Below are positions 9,758 to 19,630 of a DNA stretch of 64,000 bases, piece by piece (within the stretch, counting starts at the first letter, position 1; every line of letters begins with the position of its first letter). This stretch comes from Candidatus Latescibacterota bacterium (lineage in GTDB: Bacteria > Latescibacterota > UBA2968 > UBA8231): contig OZ244561.1 in NCBI GenBank assembly GCA_965217585.1, forward strand, positions 5,952,001-6,016,000. The letters are read 5' to 3'. Below the pieces are notes generated by a model. It was not told the origin of the DNA and searched no databases. It was given only the letters and a program-made list of their open reading frames with translations. Position numbers and translations under genes: made by a program.

Positions 9758-10552
9758 ATGGAAACGACACTGCGCCAAGCATACGACGAGCAGGGCTTTT
9801 GCATTGCCCGCAAGGCCATTGACGCGGGGCTGGCGGCCGAGACGGTGGAGCACGTGCACTGGTTGGTCAAAAAGCATCCGGGCACGCGGCCCGAGCGCCT
9901 GCACCACGAACTGATGGTGCACGATCCCTTTATGCACCGCCTAGTCACCGACGACCGGCTGGTCGATATTGCGGCGCAGTTCCTCGGGCCTAATGTGGCC
10001 ATGTTCGCGGCGCACTATATCGCCAAAAAACCCAGCACCGGCCAAGCCGTGCAGTGGCATCAGGACGGCTCGTACTGGCCCTTGGAGCCGATGGAGGTCA
10101 CCACGTTGTGGGTGGCCGGCACGGACTCGACGGTGGCCAATGGCTGTATGCGGGTTTTGCCGGGAACGCACACCAAGCAATTGCTCAAGCGCAGCGAGAT
10201 GGTCGCTCTCGATACGGACAAATACGTCCTCGGTGTCGGCATCCACCCCGACCATATCGACGATGCCGACGCCGTCGATCTGGAGCTGGAGGCGGGGGAT
10301 ATTTCCATCCACCACCCCAGCATCATCCACGGCTCCAACGCCAATACTTCGGACCAATGGCGGGTTGGGCTTACCCTGCGCTACATTCCGACCAGCACCA
10401 AGGTCACCGTGGATCGCAGCCCGTGCATTATGTGTCGGGGCGAGGTGGTGCCCGCAGTGGGGAACAAGTACGCGCCGCGGCCGCAGTATGTCGAGGGGGA
10501 GCACATGCCCTTTGCTGGGTGCGAGCACTGGAGTTTGCAGACGGCTTCTTAA
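9758..10552 (+). CDS. phytanoyl-CoA dioxygenase (PhyH) family, canonical HxD
   Basis: WHQD, NGCMRVLPGTH, IHGSNAN, WRVG. Confidence 0.92.
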   Translation: METTLRQAYDEQGFCIARKAIDAGLAAETVEHVHWLVKKHPGTRPERLHHELMVHDPFMHRLVTDDRLVDIAAQFLGPNVAMFAAHYIAKKPSTGQAVQWHQDGSYWPLEPMEVTTLWVAGTDSTVANGCMRVLPGTHTKQLLKRSEMVALDTDKYVLGVGIHPDHIDDADAVDLELEAGDISIHHPSIIHGSNANTSDQWRVGLTLRYIPTSTKVTVDRSPCIMCRGEVVPAVGNKYAPRPQYVEGEHMPFAGCEHWSLQTAS

Positions 10553-10619
10553 CGGGCGTTACTCAGGGCCGTACTGACCCATGTACCCGGTTCGCTCCCC
10601 AGAATTTCCTTTGGAAAAT

Positions 10620-11483
10620 TCACTTGCCAAGCGCGACGTTGCCGTCTGAGTCCACCTGTAAATGCAGCCCCTTGGCTATACTGGAACAGGGGCCGTGCAT
10701 GACGGCGCGTTGCTCGGGTGTCATACCCTCTACGATAGCCTCGTCCCAATAGACTTCCGGCGCTGCTAACTCAATGGAGACGCCAGAGCGGGTGGCGGTG
10801 CGGCTCGCGTACTTGTAGAGTGCGGCGCGGCGCGGCGCATCGCCGGTCCAGGGCAGGGTGCCGTGGGTCTGGGCTCCGTCCATAAAGAAAATGACATCGC
10901 CGGCTTTGAGCGCGGGTTGGTGGACCACGTCCAGCGGCTCGTCGCAGGAGCGCACGCCGGCGGGCATGGGGAATTTGGCTTTGTGGCTGCCCGGTACACA
11001 GGCAAAACCGCCATCGCCGGCCTTGCAGTCGGCCAACTGCCAAGTCACGGTGACGCCAGCGCAGTGGAACTGGCCGTTTTGGTGATGGTAGGCCACGTAG
11101 GGTCTATGGGGTTCACCCGCTCCGTGCAGGATGAGGCCCTCGGTCCCCTTGGGACTGTAGGATACCCAGGGGCCATGGTCGTGGCGGAACCCCTTGCCGC
11201 ACATCGCGTTGAGGCGAGAGACAACTTGGGGATGCACCAGTAGGCGGCGAAAGGGTTCGCAGTGGGGATGGGGCAATTCGAGCAGGTTGGGGAGGGTCTG
11301 TTGGCCGGTGCCTTGGAGCGCGTTCGACTCTCCCCTAGCGCCGCCATTGTCGGGGCTTTGCTGCATTCGCTCCATGCAGTGATCGATAGCGGCGTTGCAT
11401 TCGCTTAATTCCTCAGCGGTGAGGACATTGCGGACGACCAGATAGCCGGTGAGATCCCAAAAGTAGCGTTCGCGCGCATCCAT
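10620..11483 (-). CDS. PhyH-family Fe/2OG enzyme, HxA variant
   Basis: GYLVVRNVL, LHGAG, DGGFACVPGSHK, THGTLPW, RRAALYKY. Confidence 0.88.
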   Translation of the reverse strand: MDARERYFWDLTGYLVVRNVLTAEELSECNAAIDHCMERMQQSPDNGGARGESNALQGTGQQTLPNLLELPHPHCEPFRRLLVHPQVVSRLNAMCGKGFRHDHGPWVSYSPKGTEGLILHGAGEPHRPYVAYHHQNGQFHCAGVTVTWQLADCKAGDGGFACVPGSHKAKFPMPAGVRSCDEPLDVVHQPALKAGDVIFFMDGAQTHGTLPWTGDAPRRAALYKYASRTATRSGVSIELAAPEVYWDEAIVEGMTPEQRAVMHGPCSSIAKGLHLQVDSDGNVALGK

Positions 11484-11484
11484 T

Positions 11485-12354
11485 TTAGCCCTCCGCAATC
11501 CAGGTTTTTTGGCCGTCGGATTCCAGTAGGGGCAGACTCTTATGGTGGACGCCCGGCCCGTAGAGGACGGCTTGTTGTTGGGGCGTGAGTTCGTCGGTCC
11601 AGGTGCCGTAGCGCGCCTGTGGGGTGAAGTGTTTGCCCGTAGCTCGGGCCGCGCCCCGGGAAGCGTATTTGTAGAGTACGGAGCGCCGTGGATTTTTGCC
11701 CTTCCAGGGCAGGGTGCCGTGGGTGGCGGTCTCGGCGAAAAAGAGGACGTCGCCGGCGCGCAGGGCGGGTTGGACGACCAAGTCCCCGTACTCTGCGAGC
11801 GAGCGGATCTCGGGCGGGGTTGGCTCGCAGGTTTTGTGGCTCCCGGGGATTACGGCAAAGCCGCCGTCTCCGGGGTTGCAGTCGGTTAGTTGCCAGGCCA
11901 CGGTGATGCCCCGGCAGTAGATTTTGCCGTTTTGCTGGTGATACCAAGTGGCGGGGCTAAAAGGCTCGCCCGAGCCGTGCAGGTAATGCCCTTCAGTTCC
12001 CTCGGTGGCGCTGATGAGCAGGGGGCCGTGATCGAGGCGAAAGCCCGGACCGCTGAATTCGTTGAGGCGCGAGACGACGGTGGGATGGACCAGCAGGCGG
12101 CGAAAGGGTTCGCGGTAGGGGGGTGGCCAACCGAGCATGCCGGTGAGTTGCTGGCGGCTGGTAGTGCCTTGCAGCGCACGCGACTCGCGGGCGAGGGTGC
12201 CGGGGTAGGCGGCGATCTGGTCGGCGAAGTGGTCGATGGCGGCGTTGCATTCGCCTACTTCCTCGGCGGTGAGGGCGTTGCGAACCACGAGGTAGCCGCG
12301 CAGGTCGAAGTAGTATTTCTCTTCTTCTGAGACCGTATAGAGGTATTTGTCCAC
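11485..12354 (-). CDS. PhyH-family Fe/2OG enzyme, HxS variant
   Basis: GYLVVRNAL, LHGSG, DGGFAVIPGSHK, THGTLPW, RRSVLYKY. Tandem paralog of 10620-11483. Confidence 0.88.
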   Translation of the reverse strand: MDKYLYTVSEEEKYYFDLRGYLVVRNALTAEEVGECNAAIDHFADQIAAYPGTLARESRALQGTTSRQQLTGMLGWPPPYREPFRRLLVHPTVVSRLNEFSGPGFRLDHGPLLISATEGTEGHYLHGSGEPFSPATWYHQQNGKIYCRGITVAWQLTDCNPGDGGFAVIPGSHKTCEPTPPEIRSLAEYGDLVVQPALRAGDVLFFAETATHGTLPWKGKNPRRSVLYKYASRGAARATGKHFTPQARYGTWTDELTPQQQAVLYGPGVHHKSLPLLESDGQKTWIAEG

Positions 12355-12368
12355 GGCTTTGCTCCTTT

Positions 12369-12413
12369 GACATCAACATCTTCATCGAGATACAGTTCGG
12401 CAAACAAACTCAT
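12369..12413 (-). pseudogene. truncated DUF5615 PIN-like toxin (first ~15 codons)
   Basis: ATG overlaps the DUF433 stop (ATGA). Reads MSLFAELYLDEDVDV, then runs directly into the RBS of the next PhyH gene. Confidence 0.7.
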
Positions 12414-12694
12414 TGAGTTGGCTGTACAAGTGGGTCAATCAATCTGTGGGGAATGCGATTTTCTTCAATGTATTTCTGTATTTCCTCTTGGTGGTCGCTG
12501 TAATAACTCAGGGCATCAAAAACCTGTCCCAAAGACAAATGCGGAAGGTGGTTTGGAATGTCTTCAGGGTGTGTGCCCAAACGCCAGATTTCGACAATCG
12601 CACGAACCGGCGTACGCGTATCTTTGACGATAGGCTCTCCACCTAGAATCTGATCATCTGTCACGATGTAGGGATGTTCGGTTGTTTGGGCCAT
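12410..12694 (-). CDS. DUF433-family antitoxin
   Basis: ILGGEPIVKDTRTPV...HLSLGQVFDALSYY. Confidence 0.92.
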   Translation of the reverse strand: MAQTTEHPYIVTDDQILGGEPIVKDTRTPVRAIVEIWRLGTHPEDIPNHLPHLSLGQVFDALSYYSDHQEEIQKYIEENRIPHRLIDPLVQPTQ

Positions 12695-12914
12695 GAAATA
12701 CCTTTTTGTTTTTGGGTTCAGGAATCACGTACATCCAATGAGCGTTGGCAATCCCACCACCTGCCAGTTCGTCCTCCGACGGGCGGCGCGGGCGGCTCCA
12801 CCAGAAAACATAAGGGAGGGGTAAAGGCGTTGGCAATAGAGCATTTAGCGCGGTGCGTAAGCCGTCGTTGGTCGGGGCCGCGATGGTGTTCTCAAGCATG
12901 AGCGTGGTGATGAG

Positions 12915-13034
12915 TCGCGCCAAGAGGCCGAGTCCTGGTGCCAGCCCTGCGCCGTGCTGCCGGTGCCCAACTCGCCCAAGAGCTGACGCCGCACCGGGTC
13001 GCACCCCCGGCAAGACTTCCGGGGCTTGGTGCTC
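12915..13034. repeat. degenerate, internally deleted direct copy of 30128-30755
   Basis: 12915-12955 matches 30128-30168 (39/41). 12952-13034 matches 30674-30755 (5 substitutions and 1 indel). The two parts join at a shared CCGT. Confidence 0.9.
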
Positions 13035-13464
13035 AGGCTGGGGCCTCGGCCCGTTCCAGCAGCTTGGCGAAGTCGTAGTTGACGCTGGTGCCGCCAAAGT
13101 CGGGTTCGCGCTGGAAGGGGTGGCGCAAATAGCTAACGCAGTGCCTGCCGTCGTCCAAAAACTCTACTAGGGTGAGAATGAAGTCGTCGGGTTTATTGAG
13201 GCTGTAGAGAATTTCGTTTTTGGTCACCGTGATGGTCGCCGCCCCGCTTGCGCGGCCCTTGACCTCGATAAAGCGCAGCCGCCCCGTGCCGGGCACCCGC
13301 GACTCGATATCGTAGCCGAGTTTGTCAAACTCCCGATCCGTCGGCTCGTAGCCGAGGCTGCGTTCTACTTCCATGATAATAGCCCGCGCCCGTGCGGCAA
13401 CTTTCTGCGTATCCACAGGCGACCGACGTCCTGCCATGGTGTCTACCAGTCCCCGCGGCACCAC
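13033..13464 (-). pseudogene. DUF3883 (NO VEIN-type PD-(D/E)XK nuclease) domain, detached C-terminus of the SNF2 helicase
   Basis: GYDIES...RFIEVKG. Same frame as 13522-16644, separated only by the 84-bp insertion. Confidence 0.88.
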
Positions 13465-13467
13465 TAA

Positions 13468-13548
13468 TACCGATTTGACTTTTTAGTGTCCTAATTACCC
13501 TCTTCTCTTGGGGGAGACTTATTAGGACAGACGATTAGCAAAACGGTA
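13468..13548. mobile_element. 81-bp MITE-like insertion with 3-bp TAA target duplication
   Basis: TAA at 13465-67 and 13549-51. Imperfect TIRs TACCGATTTGACT / AGCAAAACGGTA. Internal inverted pair GTCCTAAT/ATTAGGAC. AT-rich. Removing it restores GGLL-VVPRG. Confidence 0.85.
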
Positions 13549-16500
13549 TAACAAGCCCCCGAGCACCACCGGCGGTAACGGCGAGAGTTGTGCTTCGAGT
13601 TTCAATTCCTGTAGCCTCTTGTGCAGCCGAGTCTGCAACGCATCGGCCCGTTTACGGGCTTCGTCCGAGTTGAGCCGAGCACCACTGACGCCAGCCTTCT
13701 CCTGTAGCTTGAGTTGTTCGGCGCGGTGATCCCAGTAGGAGATTTCCTTGGTCAGACGGTCCTTGACCGCGGCCTCGGTCTTGGCGATCAGCGCCAGCTT
13801 AGGATCGCGGCCTTGGGCTAGATGTTCGGGGACGACTTGAGCCACTGCATAGGCTTGCGCCTGCTGCTCCATTTCTCGGTTGATCCACGCGCATTCCGGC
13901 CGCTCCAAGATGGCCTCGACACTAGGCTCGTCTTGGGCCAGCGGCCGATAGTCCAAGTAGGGGGCGTAGTGCAGGTGGCGGGCGTTGCCAGCGGCGTCAA
14001 TTTCGACGTAGAGCATCTGCTTGGAGACCATCCGGCGGTCGCCCGCCCGCGTCCGGCCCGCGTCTTGAATGGCGTGTTCGAGATAGAAAAGTACTCGCGG
14101 TGTCTGCCCCGGATCGCGCTCGTCAATGAGCACTGCGCCGCGCTTGAGCAGATCGCGGTGCTGCTCCAGCGTCAGGTCGAGGACGGCGTCCAGCAAGGGG
14201 TGTCCCGGGCAAACAAAGGCTGCCGTTGGTTGGCCGGGGGGAGTAACCAGCGACTTGTCGAAGGCGATCCGTTCGTAGCGGGGGAGCACACTTTGGTTGC
14301 GGATCGGCGGGGGGACATGCGTAACCTCGTAGCGGCGCGGCTCACGCTGCCGGGCCGAGCCACCGATTTGCTGGAACGCCTCCAAAAAAAACGCCTCAAT
14401 GTAATGTGGCTGTAGGCGGCGCGCCTCGGCCCGCTCCATCTCTTCGCGCACCCTCTGCACACGGCTGGCGTCCATCGCGTCATGGACGAGTTGATGCTCC
14501 TCCAGCAGGTCCTGCAGCGAGCTATGGTCGAGTGCCTGATCGACCGCGGTGTCGAGGCGTGCGCGAACTTCTGGCTGCTCGCCGTAGCGGATGGCTTCGA
14601 GCAGAAGGTCGCGCAACGGCCGCCCCTCGAATTCGAGCTTGCCGAGTACGTCAAACACCTGACCGCCCAGGGCTTGCCGCGCCTGTTCTAGTTTAGTCAG
14701 CAGTCGCTGGTAAACATCACCCTCGCGGGTTTGGTCCGCGACCAGATTCCACAGATGGCACACTTCCGTCTGACCGATTCGGTGGATGCGGCCGAAGCGC
14801 TGCTCTAGGCGGTTCGGGTTCCAGGGGAGGTCGTAGTTGACCATCAGGTGCGCTCGCTGGAGGTTGATCCCTTCGCCAGCGGCATCGGTGGCCAGCAGCA
14901 CCTGTACCGCTGGGTCGTGGCGGAAGGCTTCCTGCGCTTGGTGGCGATCCTCGCGGGCCATGCCCCCGTGAATGATTACTACCGACTCTGCACGTCCAAG
15001 CAACGTGGTGATGCGGTCTTGCAGGTAGCGGAGTGTGTCGCGGTGCTCCGTGAAGAGCACCAGCTTCTGTGTAGGGGAGGACATTGGACGCGGGATTTCG
15101 CCACTGCCGTAGGGAGCTGTCGGTTCCCCGATCTGGCCCGCTATACCCGCCGTCGTAAAGACCTCGCTGAGCAGGCTGGCAAGTTCCCGCCACTTCGCGT
15201 CTCCACCGCGGCGACGGACGTCAAGCGCACGATTTTCCAGCATCTTCAGGGTGTCGATTTCCGCCTTCAACTCGGTGATGGAGCGGGCGGCGGTCGCTTG
15301 GTCGAGGATGCGCGTTTCGGCGGCTTCGACCTCGTGCCCTGGTGCGTCGTCGAGATCCTCGATGTCTTCGGCATCAAGCTCTGTGACTGTGGACGCGGCC
15401 AAGCCGGGACGCCGGGACTCCTCCAACTCGCATAGGCGGCTCTCCAAACGCTCTCGTCGTCGGCGCAGCGACTGGTAGATCGCCTCGGGAGACGAAGCGA
15501 GCCGCCGCTGGAGGATCGTCAGGGCGAAGCCGACCGTGCCGGCCCGCTTGGCGTTGGCGAGTGCATCCGCCCGATTGAACTCCTCCCGCACATAGTCGGT
15601 GACTGCCTCGTAGAGCTGGGCTTCCGCCTCTGAGAGCTGGTACGGCACGGTGTAGGCTATGCGCTCGGGAAACAGCGGCTTGCCGTCGAACTTGAGCAGC
15701 CGCTCCTTGACCATGCGCCGCATCAAGTCCGAGACATCGGCCACATGGACGCCATCGCGGAAGCGGCCCTCAAAGCGATCGCTGTCGAGCAGCGCCATGA
15801 AGAGTTGGAAGTCTTCTTCCTTGCCGTTGTGCGGTGTTGCCGTCATCAGCAGGAAGTGGCGCGTCAATGTCGATAATAACTGTCCCAGCCGGTAGCGTTT
15901 CGTGTAGTGGATCTCGCCCCCGAAGAAACTGGCCGACATCTTGTGCGCCTCGTCGCATACTACCAGATCCCAGCCCGTGTCCGGCGCTTGGAGCTTCTGC
16001 TGGACCTGTTCGTCGCGCGCTAGTTTGTCGAGGCGTGCGATGACGAGGTTGGCCTCCAAAAACCAGTTGCCGGTGCGGGCGGCTTCGAGCTTGTCGTTGG
16101 TCATAATTTCAAAGGGCAACTGGAAGCGCTGAGAGAGTTCGTCCTGCCATTGCTCGGCGAGGCTGCCGGGGCAGACGATCAGGCATCGCTCGAGGTCGCC
16201 GCGGGCGATCAACTCCCTGATGAGTAGGCCCGCCATGATGGTCTTACCGGCACCCGGATCGTCGGCGAGGAGGAAGCGCAGCGGCTGGCGCGGCAGCATG
16301 GATTCGTACACCGCGGTGATCTGATGGGGCAATGGCTCGACGACCGAGGTGTGGACCGCCAGCACGGGATCGAACAGATGCGCGAGGCGGATGCGCAGGG
16401 CCTCGGACACCAGCCGGAACAGGGCCCCATCGCCGTCAAAGCTCCACGGCTGCCCCTGTTCTGCCACTTCGAGCCGCGCCTCGTCAGAGCGGTAGAGCAG

Positions 16501-16644
16501 TTCATTGGCCACCTTGCCGTCCGGTGTCTTGTAGGTCAGTTCTAGAGCTTCGGAGCCAAACCACTGCACGCTGACGACCACCACGAGGCCATCGGTGAGA
16601 ATGCCGCGCACTGCGGCGTTAGGCTGGAGGTCTTCGAGCGTCAC
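13522..16644 (-). CDS. SNF2-family helicase of a DUF499/DUF1156 restriction-like system (C-terminally interrupted)
   Basis: LLADDPGAGKT, VCDEAH, MTATPH, EGINLQ, QRFGRIHRIGQ. Premature stop lies inside the MITE. Confidence 0.93.
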   Translation of the reverse strand: MTLEDLQPNAAVRGILTDGLVVVVSVQWFGSEALELTYKTPDGKVANELLYRSDEARLEVAEQGQPWSFDGDGALFRLVSEALRIRLAHLFDPVLAVHTSVVEPLPHQITAVYESMLPRQPLRFLLADDPGAGKTIMAGLLIRELIARGDLERCLIVCPGSLAEQWQDELSQRFQLPFEIMTNDKLEAARTGNWFLEANLVIARLDKLARDEQVQQKLQAPDTGWDLVVCDEAHKMSASFFGGEIHYTKRYRLGQLLSTLTRHFLLMTATPHNGKEEDFQLFMALLDSDRFEGRFRDGVHVADVSDLMRRMVKERLLKFDGKPLFPERIAYTVPYQLSEAEAQLYEAVTDYVREEFNRADALANAKRAGTVGFALTILQRRLASSPEAIYQSLRRRRERLESRLCELEESRRPGLAASTVTELDAEDIEDLDDAPGHEVEAAETRILDQATAARSITELKAEIDTLKMLENRALDVRRRGGDAKWRELASLLSEVFTTAGIAGQIGEPTAPYGSGEIPRPMSSPTQKLVLFTEHRDTLRYLQDRITTLLGRAESVVIIHGGMAREDRHQAQEAFRHDPAVQVLLATDAAGEGINLQRAHLMVNYDLPWNPNRLEQRFGRIHRIGQTEVCHLWNLVADQTREGDVYQRLLTKLEQARQALGGQVFDVLGKLEFEGRPLRDLLLEAIRYGEQPEVRARLDTAVDQALDHSSLQDLLEEHQLVHDAMDASRVQRVREEMERAEARRLQPHYIEAFFLEAFQQIGGSARQREPRRYEVTHVPPPIRNQSVLPRYERIAFDKSLVTPPGQPTAAFVCPGHPLLDAVLDLTLEQHRDLLKRGAVLIDERDPGQTPRVLFYLEHAIQDAGRTRAGDRRMVSKQMLYVEIDAAGNARHLHYAPYLDYRPLAQDEPSVEAILERPECAWINREMEQQAQAYAVAQVVPEHLAQGRDPKLALIAKTEAAVKDRLTKEISYWDHRAEQLKLQEKAGVSGARLNSDEARKRADALQTRLHKRLQELKLEAQLSPLPPVVLGGLLYRFANRLS

Positions 16645-16652
16645 TTCCCGCC

Positions 16653-19592
16653 CTATTCCCGTTCAAAACCCTGGCTGGAAAACTTGAGCGTCCGGCTGTT
16701 CTCGGTGACGGTGCGCACGACGTGATCGGGCGCACCCGAGGGGATTTCGGCTTCTATCTCTAGGGTCACGGTCACTTTGGCACCTACCAAGCCGGCGAGA
16801 TGGGCAATGACCTCATCGGCGATCTGGCTCGCGTCACGGCCGACGCGGGTAGCATCGAGGGTCACGGCCCCGTGAAAGCGCCGCGCTTTCTGCTCAGGTG
16901 GGGGAGGCGTTGGCTCTGGATGGGTGCCGGTACCGGCCGACGCGCTGGCATTCGTCTCAGCGACGCCGACGCCCGCCCCGGTTGCCGATGACGCTGGCTC
17001 TGCCTCCTGCTGTGCGATCGCGGCTGCGGGCTTGACTAGCAGCCCATCGCTCGCAGGATCAAGCAGGGGGACCTCACGGCCACAGCGGAGTCCGCGATAG
17101 CGGCTCGTGGCTTCATCGAAGGCATCGGCATAAGCGAACGATTCATCTCTCCAGAGGAGAAGCCCCAACCCGTCTTGAATGGCTGCAATTAGGACCTCTG
17201 GACCAGCGAGACGGGGCAGGTAGAGATAGCGGGCGAAGTGGTCTGCCAACTGGCGGATTTCTACGTGATCGCCACGCCACAAGGGCACCCGGTCGAGTTC
17301 CATTCGCAGGCGCGTGCCCGCGAGCGCCGGTACCAACAGCTCTTCCGACCGCAGTTTCTTGCTGGCGCGCACGGCGAGCGGGTCCTGCCCAGCCAGCCGC
17401 AGAGCCTGCCACTCGACTGCCGCTTGGGGTGTGGACTGCACTGGCACTAGGAGCCACTGGTAGGCCTCCGGCAGCCGTCCCACCACGGCACCATCCTCCG
17501 ACTTCAACTGTGCTTCGGCCTGCCGCACCTGATGCGGGTCGAGGTTCAGGGTCTCTTTGTCTTGGAGGATGGACGACCACGCCAACCAGCGACGAACCGC
17601 TTCATCCAGGTCCTGCAAGCGGGTCTGGTCCACGGCGAGGAAGACCAGCGTATTGCGAAAGAGGCGCGGGGTGTTGCCGCGATTTTCAAGTATGGCGGTG
17701 GCCGCGGCCTGCGCCTTGCTGTTCGACCCGCTGCTGTGCGGGTGCTCAGTCCCCAGCACCACCAGACGAGCGTCCATATCGTCGGGGATGTCAGCGCCGG
17801 ATTGCGGCACCGTATGGATGCGCTGGAAATCGCCCGTGCTGCGTAAATCGGCACGCAACCGCTGCTCGATCTCAGCCACCACCGGCGCGGGATCGCGCCT
17901 GAATTGATCGGCCCGGTCTTCCGCCAGCTTAGTGACAGTCGGCTGTGTTGAGTACCAGTAGCGCGGGCCATCCTGATAGAGAAAGGTCGCCTGCGTGCTC
18001 AGACGACGCAGGGCATCGCCAAAGATCGCCGGTGTTTCACCCGGCATTGCGGAGCCGAGCTTTATGCGGCGGTCCTCAATGCCGCGATTGGCTACCGAGG
18101 TCGTCGGTGCGGAGCCGAGGTACACGGTGCGCGCCACCCGACGAGTCGCCGAAAACTTGCCTAGGTTCGCTACCTCGCCGTCAATGTGCTGCGGCAGCGC
18201 ATTCGGGCCATCTACATCCGCCTCGATGATCGGCGTCCAGTTGTCGGACAGATAGCGGGTCAACTCGTTGCGGACGTGCAGGTCGTCAATGGGGATGTGT
18301 GCTGGCATGATCAGCGGGTTGCGGTCACCGCGGTCCCACAGACTGTGGATGACGGCGGCCATCAGGCGCAGGACGCCACGGGTGCGCTGAAATTTCACTA
18401 GTGCGGACCAGTCCGTGTAGAGCCGGTCAAAGACTTCTGGATGGATTGGATAGGCGGCACGCAGGCGACGCTCGTAGTCGGCATCTCGACATTCGGCAGG
18501 GAACTCCTGCTGCTGGGCGCGGTAGAAGTCGGCGAAGGTGCGTGAGACATTGTCGCGGGCAGTGAAATGCTCGCGCTCGCTCAAGGGTTCAAACAGGCGG
18601 CGGCGCACGATCTCGAAGCCTTCCTCGGTACTCGCTGGCGTCCAGGAGGATTCGACGCGGCCAATGACGTTTTTGAGCCGCGCCAGCGCCGCCCGGCCGC
18701 GGAGGCCACCGACTTCCTCGTCTTCACCTTGGGCATGGGGAGAGGTCGTCGTATCCGATGACGGCAAGCTGATCACCAACAGGCAACTGTTTGCCGCCCG
18801 TGCGGATTCGGTCAAGGTCTGGGCAAAGCTGAAGTGGGTTTCAAAACTGCCGGCTGGCAGGTCGGCATCGTCGTGCAACTGGCGGGCATAGGCGACCCAT
18901 TCGTCGATCAGAATGAGACACGGCCCGTATTCGTTCATCAGTTCGCGGAGGGTGTCGCCTGGGTTGGTGGCGCGTTCGTCGTCCTGCCGCACTTTGTCGA
19001 ATGCCGCTTTGCCGCCGAGTTGCCAAGCGAGTTCACCCCACAGCGTCTTGACCACGGTGCCATCTTCCTTTGCCGATGGGTTGCCGGGCGAGATCTTATT
19101 GCCGACCAGCACGACCCGTTTGACATGGTCGGGCCGGGCGGCGATTTCGGCTGACGCTATCAGGTCGTCGATGCCGAGCAACTCGCCGGTTGGCATTCCA
19201 GAGAATAGATGGTACAGGGCCAGCATGGAGTGGGTCTTGCCGCCACCGAAGTTGGTCTGTAGTTCCACCACTGGATCGCCGCCCTGACTGCTCAGCCGCT
19301 GCATCGCTCCGCTTAGCAGGCTCTTCAGGCTTTCCGTCAGATAGGTGCGGCGAAAGAATTCTCTTGGGTTGCGGTACTCGTCCGTGCCTTCACCGATATG
19401 GACCTGCCACAGGTCTGCGGCGAACTCGGCCTGTTGGTAGCCGCCGCTGGCCACGTCGCGATGCGGGGCCACGACCTCGCGCCAGGGCTTCAGGCTGCCG
19501 GTGGCTTGGCTTTCGACGGTGGTGCCCGCGCCGCGCCGGCGTTCGCTGCGCGCCTGCTCCTCAAAGATCAGACGGCGCAGCTCCATCTTCAT
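16653..19592 (-). CDS. DUF499 AAA+ ATPase (N-terminus disrupted)
   Basis: LKPWREVVAPH, EFAADL, Walker A NFGGGKTHS, Walker B ILIDE, YPIHPE, FQRTRGVLRLMA. Frame extends upstream to AHQDSFSSDDA at ~19697. Confidence 0.93.
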   Translation of the reverse strand: MKMELRRLIFEEQARSERRRGAGTTVESQATGSLKPWREVVAPHRDVASGGYQQAEFAADLWQVHIGEGTDEYRNPREFFRRTYLTESLKSLLSGAMQRLSSQGGDPVVELQTNFGGGKTHSMLALYHLFSGMPTGELLGIDDLIASAEIAARPDHVKRVVLVGNKISPGNPSAKEDGTVVKTLWGELAWQLGGKAAFDKVRQDDERATNPGDTLRELMNEYGPCLILIDEWVAYARQLHDDADLPAGSFETHFSFAQTLTESARAANSCLLVISLPSSDTTTSPHAQGEDEEVGGLRGRAALARLKNVIGRVESSWTPASTEEGFEIVRRRLFEPLSEREHFTARDNVSRTFADFYRAQQQEFPAECRDADYERRLRAAYPIHPEVFDRLYTDWSALVKFQRTRGVLRLMAAVIHSLWDRGDRNPLIMPAHIPIDDLHVRNELTRYLSDNWTPIIEADVDGPNALPQHIDGEVANLGKFSATRRVARTVYLGSAPTTSVANRGIEDRRIKLGSAMPGETPAIFGDALRRLSTQATFLYQDGPRYWYSTQPTVTKLAEDRADQFRRDPAPVVAEIEQRLRADLRSTGDFQRIHTVPQSGADIPDDMDARLVVLGTEHPHSSGSNSKAQAAATAILENRGNTPRLFRNTLVFLAVDQTRLQDLDEAVRRWLAWSSILQDKETLNLDPHQVRQAEAQLKSEDGAVVGRLPEAYQWLLVPVQSTPQAAVEWQALRLAGQDPLAVRASKKLRSEELLVPALAGTRLRMELDRVPLWRGDHVEIRQLADHFARYLYLPRLAGPEVLIAAIQDGLGLLLWRDESFAYADAFDEATSRYRGLRCGREVPLLDPASDGLLVKPAAAIAQQEAEPASSATGAGVGVAETNASASAGTGTHPEPTPPPPEQKARRFHGAVTLDATRVGRDASQIADEVIAHLAGLVGAKVTVTLEIEAEIPSGAPDHVVRTVTENSRTLKFSSQGFERE

Positions 19593-19630
19593 GCGATTGA
19601 CCTCGTCTGCTTGCGGCGCGGAGACGGCTG

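Noticed and set aside
12654-13097. 147-aa ORF as a real gene
   Set aside because: It is an out-of-frame read-through of PhyH fragments that overlaps both DUF3883 and DUF433.
14383-14391. Poly-A run in the helicase as a phase-variation tract
   Set aside because: It is short, in frame and encodes Phe-Phe-Leu; there is no evidence of slippage.
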